Positions 18,653 to 27,395 of a stretch of DNA of 64,000 nucleotides are shown piece after piece. The stretch spans positions 207,682 to 271,681 of the forward strand of contig JANNXA010000050.1 in NCBI GenBank assembly GCA_031409275.1, written 5' to 3'. The position numbers were made by a program, and so were the translations under genes. The notes under the pieces were generated by a model. It saw nothing but the letters and a program-made list of their open reading frames with translations, had not been told where the DNA came from and ran no database searches. The stretch is from Planctomycetota bacterium. GTDB lineage: Bacteria > Planctomycetota > B15-G4 > SIAN01. Each line of letters opens with the position of its first letter. Positions within the stretch are counted from its first letter, which is position 1.

Positions 18653-20092
18653 TCAGGAGTTGGGAGCGCCCGGGTGCGGCAGGTTCACGTACGGGAAGGC
18701 GTCGAGGAACTGCGTGGAGTCGACGTAGGCACCGTCCGTGTAGGGCAGCTGGCCGTCCGGCGCATCGGTCGCGTTCAGCAGCACGCCCATCACCGCCCGC
18801 AGCGAGATGTCGACGACGTCATCACCGAGGCGACGGCCGTTGGGGTAGCCGGCGAGATCGCCGCCGACCACTCCGAGGTTGTTCTGCAGCGCCTTGGGCG
18901 TCGCGGGGATCGAGGTGTTGAGCCGCAGCATCTCGCCGACGCCGCCATTGCTGTTCACGCCCGTGACCCCGGTGACGAAGATCGAGACCAGATCGCTGCG
19001 CGGGAAGAGGTTCGGCGCGCGGACGCCGAAGAGCGCTTCGAGCAGCTCGGGCAGGACCGGGTTCGTCACGTAGTCGAGGAACTGCGCGTCGTCCTTCGGC
19101 TCGCTCGCGTTGAACTTGTCCTTGTCCTTCACGCCGATGACCAGCTCGTTCACGAGCGGGCTCGACAGGCGGGAGACCTGCATCCACTTGCCCTTGCGGC
19201 CTTCCGGCTCGGCGAAGGTGGGCTTGTCCTTGAGCTTGCCTTCCTGGCGCAGCGACGCGGTGGTCCACGCGCCGATCGTCGTGCCGCGACCGCCGGTGAG
19301 GTACTTCGCCGGGATCTCGAGGATCAGCGAGGTGACGTTGTCATCCGCGATGATGTCCTCGGCGCCATCGACCGCACCGAGCGGATCGAGGTTGAACAGG
19401 TCGAATGCCTCGCCGAGGTTGACCACGAACGGATCGTCGCGCTGGCCGACGAACATGCGGCCGATCGAGCCATCCGGAAGCTGGATGTCGTAGGTGCGCG
19501 CGGCCGCGTAGCTGGCGTAGTCGGGAATCGACTTGGTGCCGATGTTGTCGACCGGCTTCTCGAACGTCGCCGAGCCGGACTTCGCGTTGAGGACGGACTT
19601 GCTCGGTCCGGTGCGACGCGCGCCTTCGATCACGTTCAGCGAATAGGTCTCGCCGACGTTGAGGCCGGCAGTGTTGCTGGCATCGATGGGCGCAAAATTG
19701 ATCAGCGGGATCGAGATCGACTTCTCCTGGCCCGGCGGGCCGACCGGCAGCGCGACGTCCTTCAAGTTGTTGGAGAAGCGGAAGGAGAAGGTCAGGTCCT
19801 CCACCGCGTCGCCGTTGTTGTCGACGTGGATCTCGTAGAGGGCGTTGGGATCGAGCGAGAAGTAGTTGGGACCGCCGTAGGCCGCCTGCAGCGGCAGGTA
19901 GTTGGCGATCAGAGTCACGTAGCCGTCGCGACCCGGCTCGTAGCTGTTGAACATGTAGAAGTCGGTGGCGTCGACCTTCGGCGTCTCCGTGACGAAAGGT
20001 GCTTCGCGGTGGCTCGACGGCGCAGGCAGAGCCAGCGCCGCGAGCAACGCGAGGCCGCCAGCTCCGGCGGCTCCATGACGGACGGTGATCAT
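18653..20092 (-). CDS. DUF4331-family secreted protein
   Basis: Signal peptide, then SSHREAPFVTETPKVDATDFYMF, GQRDDPFVVNLG, PLVNELVIG, GYPNGRRLGDDVVD. Confidence 0.88.
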   Translation of the reverse strand: MITVRHGAAGAGGLALLAALALPAPSSHREAPFVTETPKVDATDFYMFNSYEPGRDGYVTLIANYLPLQAAYGGPNYFSLDPNALYEIHVDNNGDAVEDLTFSFRFSNNLKDVALPVGPPGQEKSISIPLINFAPIDASNTAGLNVGETYSLNVIEGARRTGPSKSVLNAKSGSATFEKPVDNIGTKSIPDYASYAAARTYDIQLPDGSIGRMFVGQRDDPFVVNLGEAFDLFNLDPLGAVDGAEDIIADDNVTSLILEIPAKYLTGGRGTTIGAWTTASLRQEGKLKDKPTFAEPEGRKGKWMQVSRLSSPLVNELVIGVKDKDKFNASEPKDDAQFLDYVTNPVLPELLEALFGVRAPNLFPRSDLVSIFVTGVTGVNSNGGVGEMLRLNTSIPATPKALQNNLGVVGGDLAGYPNGRRLGDDVVDISLRAVMGVLLNATDAPDGQLPYTDGAYVDSTQFLDAFPYVNLPHPGAPNS

Positions 20093-20460
20093 CGTGCGTA
20101 CCTCGTTGCAGGGGCGATGCGCCGTGCGATTCACAGGCGCGCCGCCACCAACGCTCGAATCACCCGGGGGGACCCTCCGCACGGAGGTGGTCCAAGCCGC
20201 CGCCGAAGCGGCCGATCGGACACTCAGGCAGCTCGAATGCCCGCTCTACGGACCGACCCGCTCGACCAGATGGCGCCGCTCCGGTGAGCCTGCGCGGCGC
20301 GCAGCTCACCTCTCGGGTCGTGGAGCCGACGAGCGGCACATGGCGCCACTCGCGGCTCAAGCGGTGCCACCGGGGTCAAGCGCTCAAGAGAACCGCGTTG
20401 CCCCGATGCGAGCACCCGCTCTCCCCAGCGCGAGTCGCCCCACCCGAAGCGAATCCGGAG

Positions 20461-20683
20461 GCGGCGCCGCGCCGCGGGGTCAGCTGCTAGGAGGAGCGCC
20501 CGAAGCTGTGTCCGAAAGGACACTGCGATGGGCGCTCCGACAACGCAGATGACCCTGCGCCGCAAGCCGCCAAGCGGCGCAGCGCCGGTGGGTCAGTTGC
20601 GAGGAGGGGCGTCCCGAAGCTGTGTCCGCAGGACACTGCGATGGGCGCCCCGACGAAGCAGATGACCCGCCGCCGCAAGCCGC
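20461..20683 (+). repeat. Two tandem ~110-nt imperfect palindromic (long hairpin) repeats, period 113 nt
   Basis: Units 20461-20570 and 20574-20683. Each folds as GGGTCA..TGACCC / GGRGCG(T)CCC..GGGCGCYCC / GTGTCC-loop-GGACAC. Confidence 0.9.
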
Positions 20684-20684
20684 A

Positions 20685-22160
20685 CTAGAGGATTTGGGTC
20701 AGGCTCGGGAGATTCGCAATCCTGCCGCTGATGGCGACACCGGCCTGCAGCACCAGGTCGGCCTGATTGAGCTCGATCGTCGCTTGGGCGAAGTCGACAT
20801 CCTCGAGGCTCGACTGGTTCTGCGCCAACAGGAGGTCGAGTTCATCCGCGCGCGAGCGCGTGGTGTCGGCGAGCCGCAAGCGCGCGCCAAAGCTCGACAA
20901 CGTGGCCAGGAGCGTGTCCTCGCCGCGACCGAGTTCCGAGATCGTGCCGCGAATGCGATCGAGCTGGATGTCGAGCGGTTCGTCGTCGACGTTGTTCAGG
21001 CTGTCGCGCAGCTCGATCAGCGACGAGAAGAGGTCGTAAGCACCCGCGAAGCGCAGGACGTCCGCGCCCGCGCGCTCGACCCCGCGCATGTCGACGAAGA
21101 TGCTGCCGCCCGTCTCCGAGTCGACGACGAGCTGGTTGGCGGCAGTGAAATCGATGGCGCTGCGGGTCAGTCCGCCGTCGAGCGACACGGTGCCGGTCGC
21201 CTCGGCGGCGACGTTCCCGTTGAAGCCGGCCGCGATGGCGGCGAAGTCCAGATGGACGATCGTGCCGTCGGCGGCGGTGACGGCCAGATCGCGGTCGGCC
21301 GCCGTCCAGCTGATCGGCGGGCCGCCGTTCAGCGAGACCGTTCCCGCGGCTCCGCTACCGCTGGTGTCGACGAGCGCGAGCGACCAGACGCCGGCCGGTC
21401 CGAGCAGCGTGTCGTCCGCCGCCGACGAGGCGCCGAGCGCGAGGCCCGACACCGAGTCGCCGCCGCCCGCGAGCGCGCCATCTCCCAGCGTGGTGGCCAG
21501 ATGCGCGAGGGTGAGACGATCCGTGCCGCGCGCGCTGTCGTTGCCCGCGCCCGCCGCCGCACCGGTGATGCTCGAGTACGTCGTCGTGCCGCGCGCGCCG
21601 ATCCCGAAGATCGACGAGCCGGGGATGTTGAGCTCGAGTTCGAGCGAGTCGCCGAGATCGACCGACGAGGTTGCGCCGTCGCCGCGATAGACGACCACCG
21701 TGCCATCCGCAGTCTCGACCTCCTCGAACGGCGCCGAGTTGCGCAGCCCGCCCCCGAAGAGGTGGCCCGACAAGCCGCGGCTATTGGCGAGGCTCACCAA
21801 CTGCTTCAGGAGGCCATCGACTTCGATCGCGAGTCCGTTGCGGTCGCTCTGGTTCAGCGTGCCGTTGGCGCCGGAGACGGCGATCTCCTGTGCGCGCGAG
21901 ACGATGTCGGACGCGTTGCGCAGGATCCCTTCGGCGGTGCCGAGCTCGCTGCTGGCGAGTTCCGCATTCTTCTTCACTTGCTCGAGTTGGCGACGGCCGG
22001 CGCGCGCGTCGAGCGCAGGGCGGATCGACGACGGATCGTCGGACGGCTTGAGCAGCCGTCTCCCGCTCGAGAGCTGCGCCTGCACGTCGAACATCCGCAA
22101 GTACGCCGCCGTGAGCGCGTCCGCCTGATGGCGATAGAGGAGCGACTGGGTGATGCGCAT
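20685..22160 (-). CDS. flgL: Flagellar hook-associated protein FlgL (HAP3), with central insertion
   Basis: MRITQSL...QLSSGRRLLKPSDDP, ANGTLNQSDR, SSLEDVDFAQA, SLTQIL. Confidence 0.93.
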   Translation of the reverse strand: MRITQSLLYRHQADALTAAYLRMFDVQAQLSSGRRLLKPSDDPSSIRPALDARAGRRQLEQVKKNAELASSELGTAEGILRNASDIVSRAQEIAVSGANGTLNQSDRNGLAIEVDGLLKQLVSLANSRGLSGHLFGGGLRNSAPFEEVETADGTVVVYRGDGATSSVDLGDSLELELNIPGSSIFGIGARGTTTYSSITGAAAGAGNDSARGTDRLTLAHLATTLGDGALAGGGDSVSGLALGASSAADDTLLGPAGVWSLALVDTSGSGAAGTVSLNGGPPISWTAADRDLAVTAADGTIVHLDFAAIAAGFNGNVAAEATGTVSLDGGLTRSAIDFTAANQLVVDSETGGSIFVDMRGVERAGADVLRFAGAYDLFSSLIELRDSLNNVDDEPLDIQLDRIRGTISELGRGEDTLLATLSSFGARLRLADTTRSRADELDLLLAQNQSSLEDVDFAQATIELNQADLVLQAGVAISGRIANLPSLTQIL

Positions 22161-22178
22161 CGATCCGCTCCGAAGGGC

Positions 22179-24479
22179 CTACAGCAACTGGAACAACGTG
22201 TCGCTCATGGTCTGCACTGCCTGCAGGTAGCGACCGGCGGCCTGGTAGAGGTGCTGGTATTCGAGGAGGCGCAGCAGCTCCTCGTCGGTGTTCACGCCGG
22301 AGATCTCCTCACGGCGCGCCTCGAGCGAGGAGAGCAGCTGCTGCTGCGCGTCGGTCGCGCTCTGGTTGCTGCGCACCTCGAGGCCGATGCCCGCCACGAC
22401 GTCGCCATAACCCTCGGCGAAGGTGCGTCCGGAGAGCGCCTCGACCGCGGCGTCGCGCAGGCCGACGATGTCGAAGAAGACGCCGGCATCGCCCGGCTCG
22501 CCGTTGCGGCTGCCGGCGACGCGACGCGGATCGTTGACGATCTCGGAGTTGACGTCGAGGTCGGCCGCGCCGCTGCCGGTGAAGAACGCGCCAAGCTGCA
22601 AGGCGACGAGCACGTCGGAGGTGTCCGACTCGCCGACGAGGTCGAACTCGAAGACGTCGCCGGCACTCGCCTCGACCGAGCCGGCCGTGAGCGAGAGCGT
22701 GACACCGGGGAAGAGCTCGATCGGATCACCCGGAACGTAGCCGGCGCCGACGTCGAACGTGGCGAGCTGGGTCCCTTGGTCGTCGAGCAGCGCGACTTCG
22801 AGCCCGGGCGTGAGCCCGACCACGCCGTCGCCGAGAGCGCGAACGGTGAAGTGGCCGGTCGCGCCGTCGCTCGGCGTGCCGGACAGCGCCACCGTCACCG
22901 CCTGGTCGTTGCCGACGTCACCGCTGCCGGCGGCGAAGAGCGCGCTGCTCGAGGCCGCCGTCACCGAGAGCGAGCTGGTCGGCCCGGCCGCATCGGATTG
23001 CAGGACCAACCGGCCGTCGATCGCCGCTGCGCCGACTCCGGCGATCTGGGCGTTCAGCACCGCAGCGACTTCGGCGGCCGTCGCTTGCGTGATGTCGACG
23101 AAGTCGGCCGAGCTGAAGGTCACAGTGACCGGAACGCCGCCGTCGACGGCGAGCGAGAGCGTGTCGCCGTTCGTGAGCGCGAACGGGCCGGTGGCCGTGG
23201 TCAACGTCGCCTGGTCGGAGCCGAAGGAGCCGCCGTCGTCGGGATCGACGTCGAGGCGTCCGCTGAAGTCGAAGCCGAACCCGCCGTCGGCGCTGATGCG
23301 CAGCCGGCCGACCGAATCGAGGCTCGCGGCGACGTGCGGCAACGCGTCGAGCGCGTCGGTGAGATCGCTGAGCGACATCGTCTGCGGATCGACGGCGAGG
23401 AAGTGCTGGGTGACGCTGCCGGTCGCCGTCTCGACGACGTTGACCGTGAGCCGGCCGCCGACGGCGGGGAAGGGCAGGTCGATCTGGGAGAGCGGCTGGT
23501 TGACGTCGGCCGCCGTAACGGTCACCGCCGCCGACAGCTGCGAGTAGGGTCCGGCCGCGCTCACCGCGGTCGAATGGCGCTTGTTCACCTCGTAGATGAG
23601 GTTGCGCGCGATGGCATCGAGCTCGCCCTGGCGATTCGGGACCGTGACGCGCGCGAGGTCGAGGTAGCCCTTCAACCGGCCGCTGCCGATCTCGAGTTCC
23701 TGGAGGTTGTCGCGCAGCAGCACCTGCACGGTGCCGTCGCCCGGCTGACGCGTGGTCAGCTCGCGCGCACGATCGCCGGAGACGAGGAGCAGCCCGTCCA
23801 CCAGCACATCGACGGTGCCATCGGGCCGATCGAGGACTTGCGGATCGGCCCAGTCCGCCAGCTCCTTCAGCAACCGGTCGCGAGCATCGAGCAGGTCGCC
23901 CGGCGTGCTGCCGAACGTGCGCGAATCGATGACGCGGCGATTCACCGCGGCCACTTCGGAGAGCAGCCCGTTCACCACGTTGACCGCCGCGCCCACGCCT
24001 TGCCGCGCTTCGTCGCCGATCGACTGGACTTGCGCGGCGACCTGGCGGAAACCGGCGCCGAGCGTGAGCGCCGACTGCACGAGACCGTCGCGGAAGGAGG
24101 CGTCGCCGGCCGAGCGCGACACGTCGGAGAAGGAGTTCCACAGGTCATCGAGGCGGGCCGCCAAGCCGTTGTCGCTCGGCTCCTGGAAGAAGCCTTCGAG
24201 CTGGCGCAGCAGCGACCCGGTGGCGTCGAGTCGGCCGAACACGTGCGTCTGCTCGCGCAAACGCGTCTCGAGCAGCGAATCGTGCACGCGCCTCAGGTCG
24301 GCGACCCTTACGCCGGTGCCGACGCCGAAACGCCCGAGCATCAGCGGCTCGGTCGACTGCAACAGCGAGAGACGGCGCGAGTAGCCGGGGGTCGAGGCGT
24401 TGGCGACGTTCTGCCCGACCAGATCCATCGAGCTCTGGGCGGCGTGCAGAGTGCGCAGTCCGATGGAGAACCCGAGCAT
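22179..24479 (-). CDS. flgK: Flagellar hook-associated protein FlgK (HAP1), with large insertion
   Basis: GQNVANASTPGYSRR, LLDARDRLL, ISGVNTDEELLRLLEYQHLYQAAGRYLQ. Confidence 0.95.
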   Translation of the reverse strand: MLGFSIGLRTLHAAQSSMDLVGQNVANASTPGYSRRLSLLQSTEPLMLGRFGVGTGVRVADLRRVHDSLLETRLREQTHVFGRLDATGSLLRQLEGFFQEPSDNGLAARLDDLWNSFSDVSRSAGDASFRDGLVQSALTLGAGFRQVAAQVQSIGDEARQGVGAAVNVVNGLLSEVAAVNRRVIDSRTFGSTPGDLLDARDRLLKELADWADPQVLDRPDGTVDVLVDGLLLVSGDRARELTTRQPGDGTVQVLLRDNLQELEIGSGRLKGYLDLARVTVPNRQGELDAIARNLIYEVNKRHSTAVSAAGPYSQLSAAVTVTAADVNQPLSQIDLPFPAVGGRLTVNVVETATGSVTQHFLAVDPQTMSLSDLTDALDALPHVAASLDSVGRLRISADGGFGFDFSGRLDVDPDDGGSFGSDQATLTTATGPFALTNGDTLSLAVDGGVPVTVTFSSADFVDITQATAAEVAAVLNAQIAGVGAAAIDGRLVLQSDAAGPTSSLSVTAASSSALFAAGSGDVGNDQAVTVALSGTPSDGATGHFTVRALGDGVVGLTPGLEVALLDDQGTQLATFDVGAGYVPGDPIELFPGVTLSLTAGSVEASAGDVFEFDLVGESDTSDVLVALQLGAFFTGSGAADLDVNSEIVNDPRRVAGSRNGEPGDAGVFFDIVGLRDAAVEALSGRTFAEGYGDVVAGIGLEVRSNQSATDAQQQLLSSLEARREEISGVNTDEELLRLLEYQHLYQAAGRYLQAVQTMSDTLFQLL

Positions 24480-24480
24480 G

Positions 24481-24972
24481 TCAGGCCTCCGCGGCGAGCG
24501 CGCCGGCAGCGCGCGGAGCGAGGTCGCCTCCACGCGTGTAGGTGCGCGCGCTCGGGCGGCCGGCCGAGACGAGCCCCAGCAGATCCTCGATGAAGAGCAC
24601 CGAGTGGCGCAGCAGCAACGCCACCTGCCGGTTCGACTCGCGGATGCGGGCGATCCGTTCCTTCAGCGCCGCGCCCTCCTTCATCAGCGGCTGTGCCGCC
24701 GCGCCGACGTGCTGCTCGATGCGTGCGAGCGTCACCTCGCGGCCGGGGATGCCGAGCTCGGCACCGACCTGTTCGAGCAGCGCGGTCCGCTCGGTCTCGA
24801 GGCGAGCGCTCTGTGCGAGCCCCTCCTCGGCCTGCGCCAGCACGCCGCCGAACTCCTTCGAGCGCCCCTTCATGAGGATCTCGAGCTGGAGATCGAGCAA
24901 CGACTGGATGCGCTGCTGGACGGCCATCTCGGCCGCGATGTTGCGCTCGAGCGCGCGGAGTGCCGTGTCCAT
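24481..24972 (-). CDS. flgN: Flagellar export chaperone FlgN
   Basis: Helical protein of about 163 aa before flgK; NRQVALLL...TYTRGG C-terminal motif. Confidence 0.8.
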   Translation of the reverse strand: MDTALRALERNIAAEMAVQQRIQSLLDLQLEILMKGRSKEFGGVLAQAEEGLAQSARLETERTALLEQVGAELGIPGREVTLARIEQHVGAAAQPLMKEGAALKERIARIRESNRQVALLLRHSVLFIEDLLGLVSAGRPSARTYTRGGDLAPRAAGALAAEA

Positions 24973-25430
24973 CACTTCGCCTCCCCGAGCGGTGACGCGA
25001 GAGGCGCCGCCGCGGCAGCCGATGCCGCACGTTCCTTCGCTGCGCCCGCGGCCGAAAGGCCGCGCGCGAGGTCCTCGACGGTGACCTTGTCTGCCGCCAG
25101 CAGCGGCTTCATCGACTCGACCACCATGCGTCCGATGCCAAGCCCCTTGCCGGCCGCGAGGTGGTCGGCGAGGTTCGACTGGATCATTCCCTGCACGACC
25201 GACGAGCCCGGCCCGCTGCCGCCGAAGCCAGCGCCCTGCAGCGGCTTCATCAGCTCGGCGAGCAGCGTGTTGGCGAACAGCGCGTCGAAGCCGCGGCCGA
25301 CCTCTTCGAGTGCTTTGAGCTGCTTGTTCGAGATCTCGCCGCGGCGCAGCTCGAGCGTGCGCGCGTCGCCGGAAGCCACGCGATCGGCGACCGCGGGGGC
25401 GGGAATCGATGCGTCACCGAGAGTCGTCAT
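24972..25430 (-). CDS. flgJ: FlgJ rod-binding domain-only protein
   Basis: LEEVGRGFDALFANTLLAELMK...LADHLAAGKGLGIGRMV. No muramidase domain. Confidence 0.8.
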   Translation of the reverse strand: MTTLGDASIPAPAVADRVASGDARTLELRRGEISNKQLKALEEVGRGFDALFANTLLAELMKPLQGAGFGGSGPGSSVVQGMIQSNLADHLAAGKGLGIGRMVVESMKPLLAADKVTVEDLARGLSAAGAAKERAASAAAAAPLASPLGEAK

Positions 25431-26665
25431 CACTGGATCTCCAACTTCGCGTGCAGGGCGCCGGCGCGGGCGATCGTCTGGAAGATCGCCACGAGATCGC
25501 GGGGTGCGACGCCCATGCGGTTCAGGGACGCGGCCAGCTCGCTGACGCTGGTGCCGCCGCCGACGACCTGCAGTCCGCGCTTCTCGATGTCGGCGTTGAT
25601 GCTGGTGCGTTCGGTCGTCGCGGTGTCGCCGCCGCCGAAGGACTCCGGCTGCGAGACGTTCTCCGACTCGGCGACCGAGATGGTCAGGTTGCCGTGCGTG
25701 ATCGCGACGGTGGAGAGGCGCACGTGGGCGCCGGCGACGACCGTGCCCGTGCGCTCGTTGATGACGACGATCGCCTCCTCGGCGGGCGCCACCATCCGCT
25801 CGGAGAGGCCCGCAATGAACGTGACGACGTCCTGGCGCGCGCTCGGCGGCAGGACGACGCGCACCGTCGCGGCGTCGAGCGCACGCGCCGGCAGTCCGTA
25901 GCCGCGGGTGATCTCCTTCGCCACGCGCAACGCGGTCACGTAGCTCGGCGTGCGCAGATGGAGGTGCACCGCGCCATCCGCCGAGATCTGCTCCATCGGC
26001 ACCTCCTGCTCGACGATGCCGCCGCCGGTGAGGATGCCGACGGTCGGGTGGTTCTGAGTGACCGTCGCGGCCTTGCCGCCCGCGGTGAAGCCGCCGACCG
26101 GGATCGCGCCCTGCGCGACGACGTAGACCTGGCCATCGGCGCCATAGAGCGGCACCTGCAGCAGCTGGCCTCCGAACAGCGAACTCGCTCCATTCATCGA
26201 CTGCACCGAGACGTCGACGCGCGTGCCGCTCTTAGCGAACGGCGGCAGCTTGCAGGTCACCGTCACCAGCGCGACGTTGCCGATGTCGACATCCTGGGCC
26301 GCGACGTTCATCTGATTGCGGCGCACGAAGTTGGCCAGCGCCTGGCGCGCGGCGTTGCCTTTGTCCCCGGTCGCGTTGAGGCCGGTGACGAGCCCGATGC
26401 CCTGCAGCTGGTTCTCCCGCACTCCCTCGATCTCGACGAGGTCGAGGATGCGGACCTGCACGTCGTCCTTGGCGATCGCGTCAGGTGGCTGCGCGGGCGC
26501 GCGCTCGATCGTGGTCGAGGTGACGGTGGCGGTCGAGGGCTCAGGAGCCGGAGCCGCCGCGGCCGGGATCGGCAGGTTCGGCGTCACCGGAACCACGGTC
26601 GGCGTGGTCGGCGGCGTCTGCGGCAGCAGCAGCGCGCAGGCGAGGAAAGCGGGCGACAGGAACAT
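25430..26665 (-). CDS. flgI: Flagellar P-ring protein FlgI
   Basis: GVRENQLQGIGLVTGLNATGD, VVINERTGTVV, VAITHGNLTISV, AGALHAKL. Confidence 0.96.
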   Translation of the reverse strand: MFLSPAFLACALLLPQTPPTTPTVVPVTPNLPIPAAAAPAPEPSTATVTSTTIERAPAQPPDAIAKDDVQVRILDLVEIEGVRENQLQGIGLVTGLNATGDKGNAARQALANFVRRNQMNVAAQDVDIGNVALVTVTCKLPPFAKSGTRVDVSVQSMNGASSLFGGQLLQVPLYGADGQVYVVAQGAIPVGGFTAGGKAATVTQNHPTVGILTGGGIVEQEVPMEQISADGAVHLHLRTPSYVTALRVAKEITRGYGLPARALDAATVRVVLPPSARQDVVTFIAGLSERMVAPAEEAIVVINERTGTVVAGAHVRLSTVAITHGNLTISVAESENVSQPESFGGGDTATTERTSINADIEKRGLQVVGGGTSVSELAASLNRMGVAPRDLVAIFQTIARAGALHAKLEIQ

Positions 26666-26713
26666 CGGCAGGCTCCAGAGGATCGACGAACGGAACCGCG
26701 GCGGTGACTCGGG

Positions 26714-27346
26714 TCAGAACGGCCAGAGGAAATCGAGAGCGCGCTCGAACCAGTTCTTCTCCACCGCGTCCGCGCGACCGCCCGCCGCCTCGTAGAGGAT
26801 GTCGGCGTTCGCAATCCGGTCCGACGCGATCGTGTTGTCGGCGTTGATGTCGATCGGACGCACCAATCCGCGCACGCGCATCTCCTTGACGTCACCGTCG
26901 AGGTGGACCGTGCGGCGCCCCTCGATGAGCAGCGTGCCGTTCTGCTTGACGTCGAGGACGACGGCGGTGAGGCGCGTCTCGAACTTGCCCTTCTGCGAGT
27001 ACTTGGTCTCACCCTCGACCGAGCGCGAGCTGGCGTACTTGAGAGCGGGCAGGGTGTTGAAGGCGTTGGGCTTGACGTCGAAGACCTGCAGCGCCGAGTC
27101 GAGCGAGGAGTCCTTGCTGACCGCGACCTTGCCGTCGTCCTGCACCGTCTGGCCTTCGCTGACGATCACCGTGACGACATCGCCGACCTGCGTCGCCGTG
27201 TGGTCGGCGAGCGTCGCACGCGGAGTGGCGCCGCCGCGATGCCAGAGCGAGTTGCTCTGCTGCGCGTGCGCTGCGACCGTCACGCAGGCCAGTGCGAACC
27301 CGGTCGCGACAGCGCGGCGCGCTGTCCCGAGCATCGTTTTCTTCAT
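26714..27346 (-). CDS. flgH: Flagellar L-ring protein FlgH
   Basis: VGDVVTVIVSE, NGTLLIEG, GLVRPIDINADNTIASDRIANA, terminal WPF. Confidence 0.93.
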   Translation of the reverse strand: MKKTMLGTARRAVATGFALACVTVAAHAQQSNSLWHRGGATPRATLADHTATQVGDVVTVIVSEGQTVQDDGKVAVSKDSSLDSALQVFDVKPNAFNTLPALKYASSRSVEGETKYSQKGKFETRLTAVVLDVKQNGTLLIEGRRTVHLDGDVKEMRVRGLVRPIDINADNTIASDRIANADILYEAAGGRADAVEKNWFERALDFLWPF

Positions 27347-27395
27347 TGAAGCCCCTCCTCCATTTCCATCGATCGACCGTTCATGCCGTGCCGCT

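Noticed and set aside
16300..20133. TGAATC hexamer upstream of both the MFS and DUF4331 genes as an ECF -35 box
   Set aside because: No shared -10 element; a 6-mer match can be chance.
20224..20678. Two similar short ORFs beginning MRRRVIC(V/F)VGAPIAVS
   Set aside because: By-products of the tandem repeat. An indel shifts the frame between copies while base pairing is preserved, so the constraint is on structure.
20461..20683. CRISPR array, attC array or SRP RNA interpretation of the repeat
   Set aside because: Only two ~110-nt units with no spacers, no cas or integrase genes, no RYYYAAC/GTTRRRY ends, and no SRP domain-IV motif.
20622..24593. Very long ORFs antisense to real genes (20622-24593 +, 6483-9767 -, 29732-32956 +, 43876-46701 +, 46265-49315 +, 54042-56849 +)
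   Set aside because: Shadow frames of high-GC coding sequence, with no recognisable motifs and fully overlapping confident genes.
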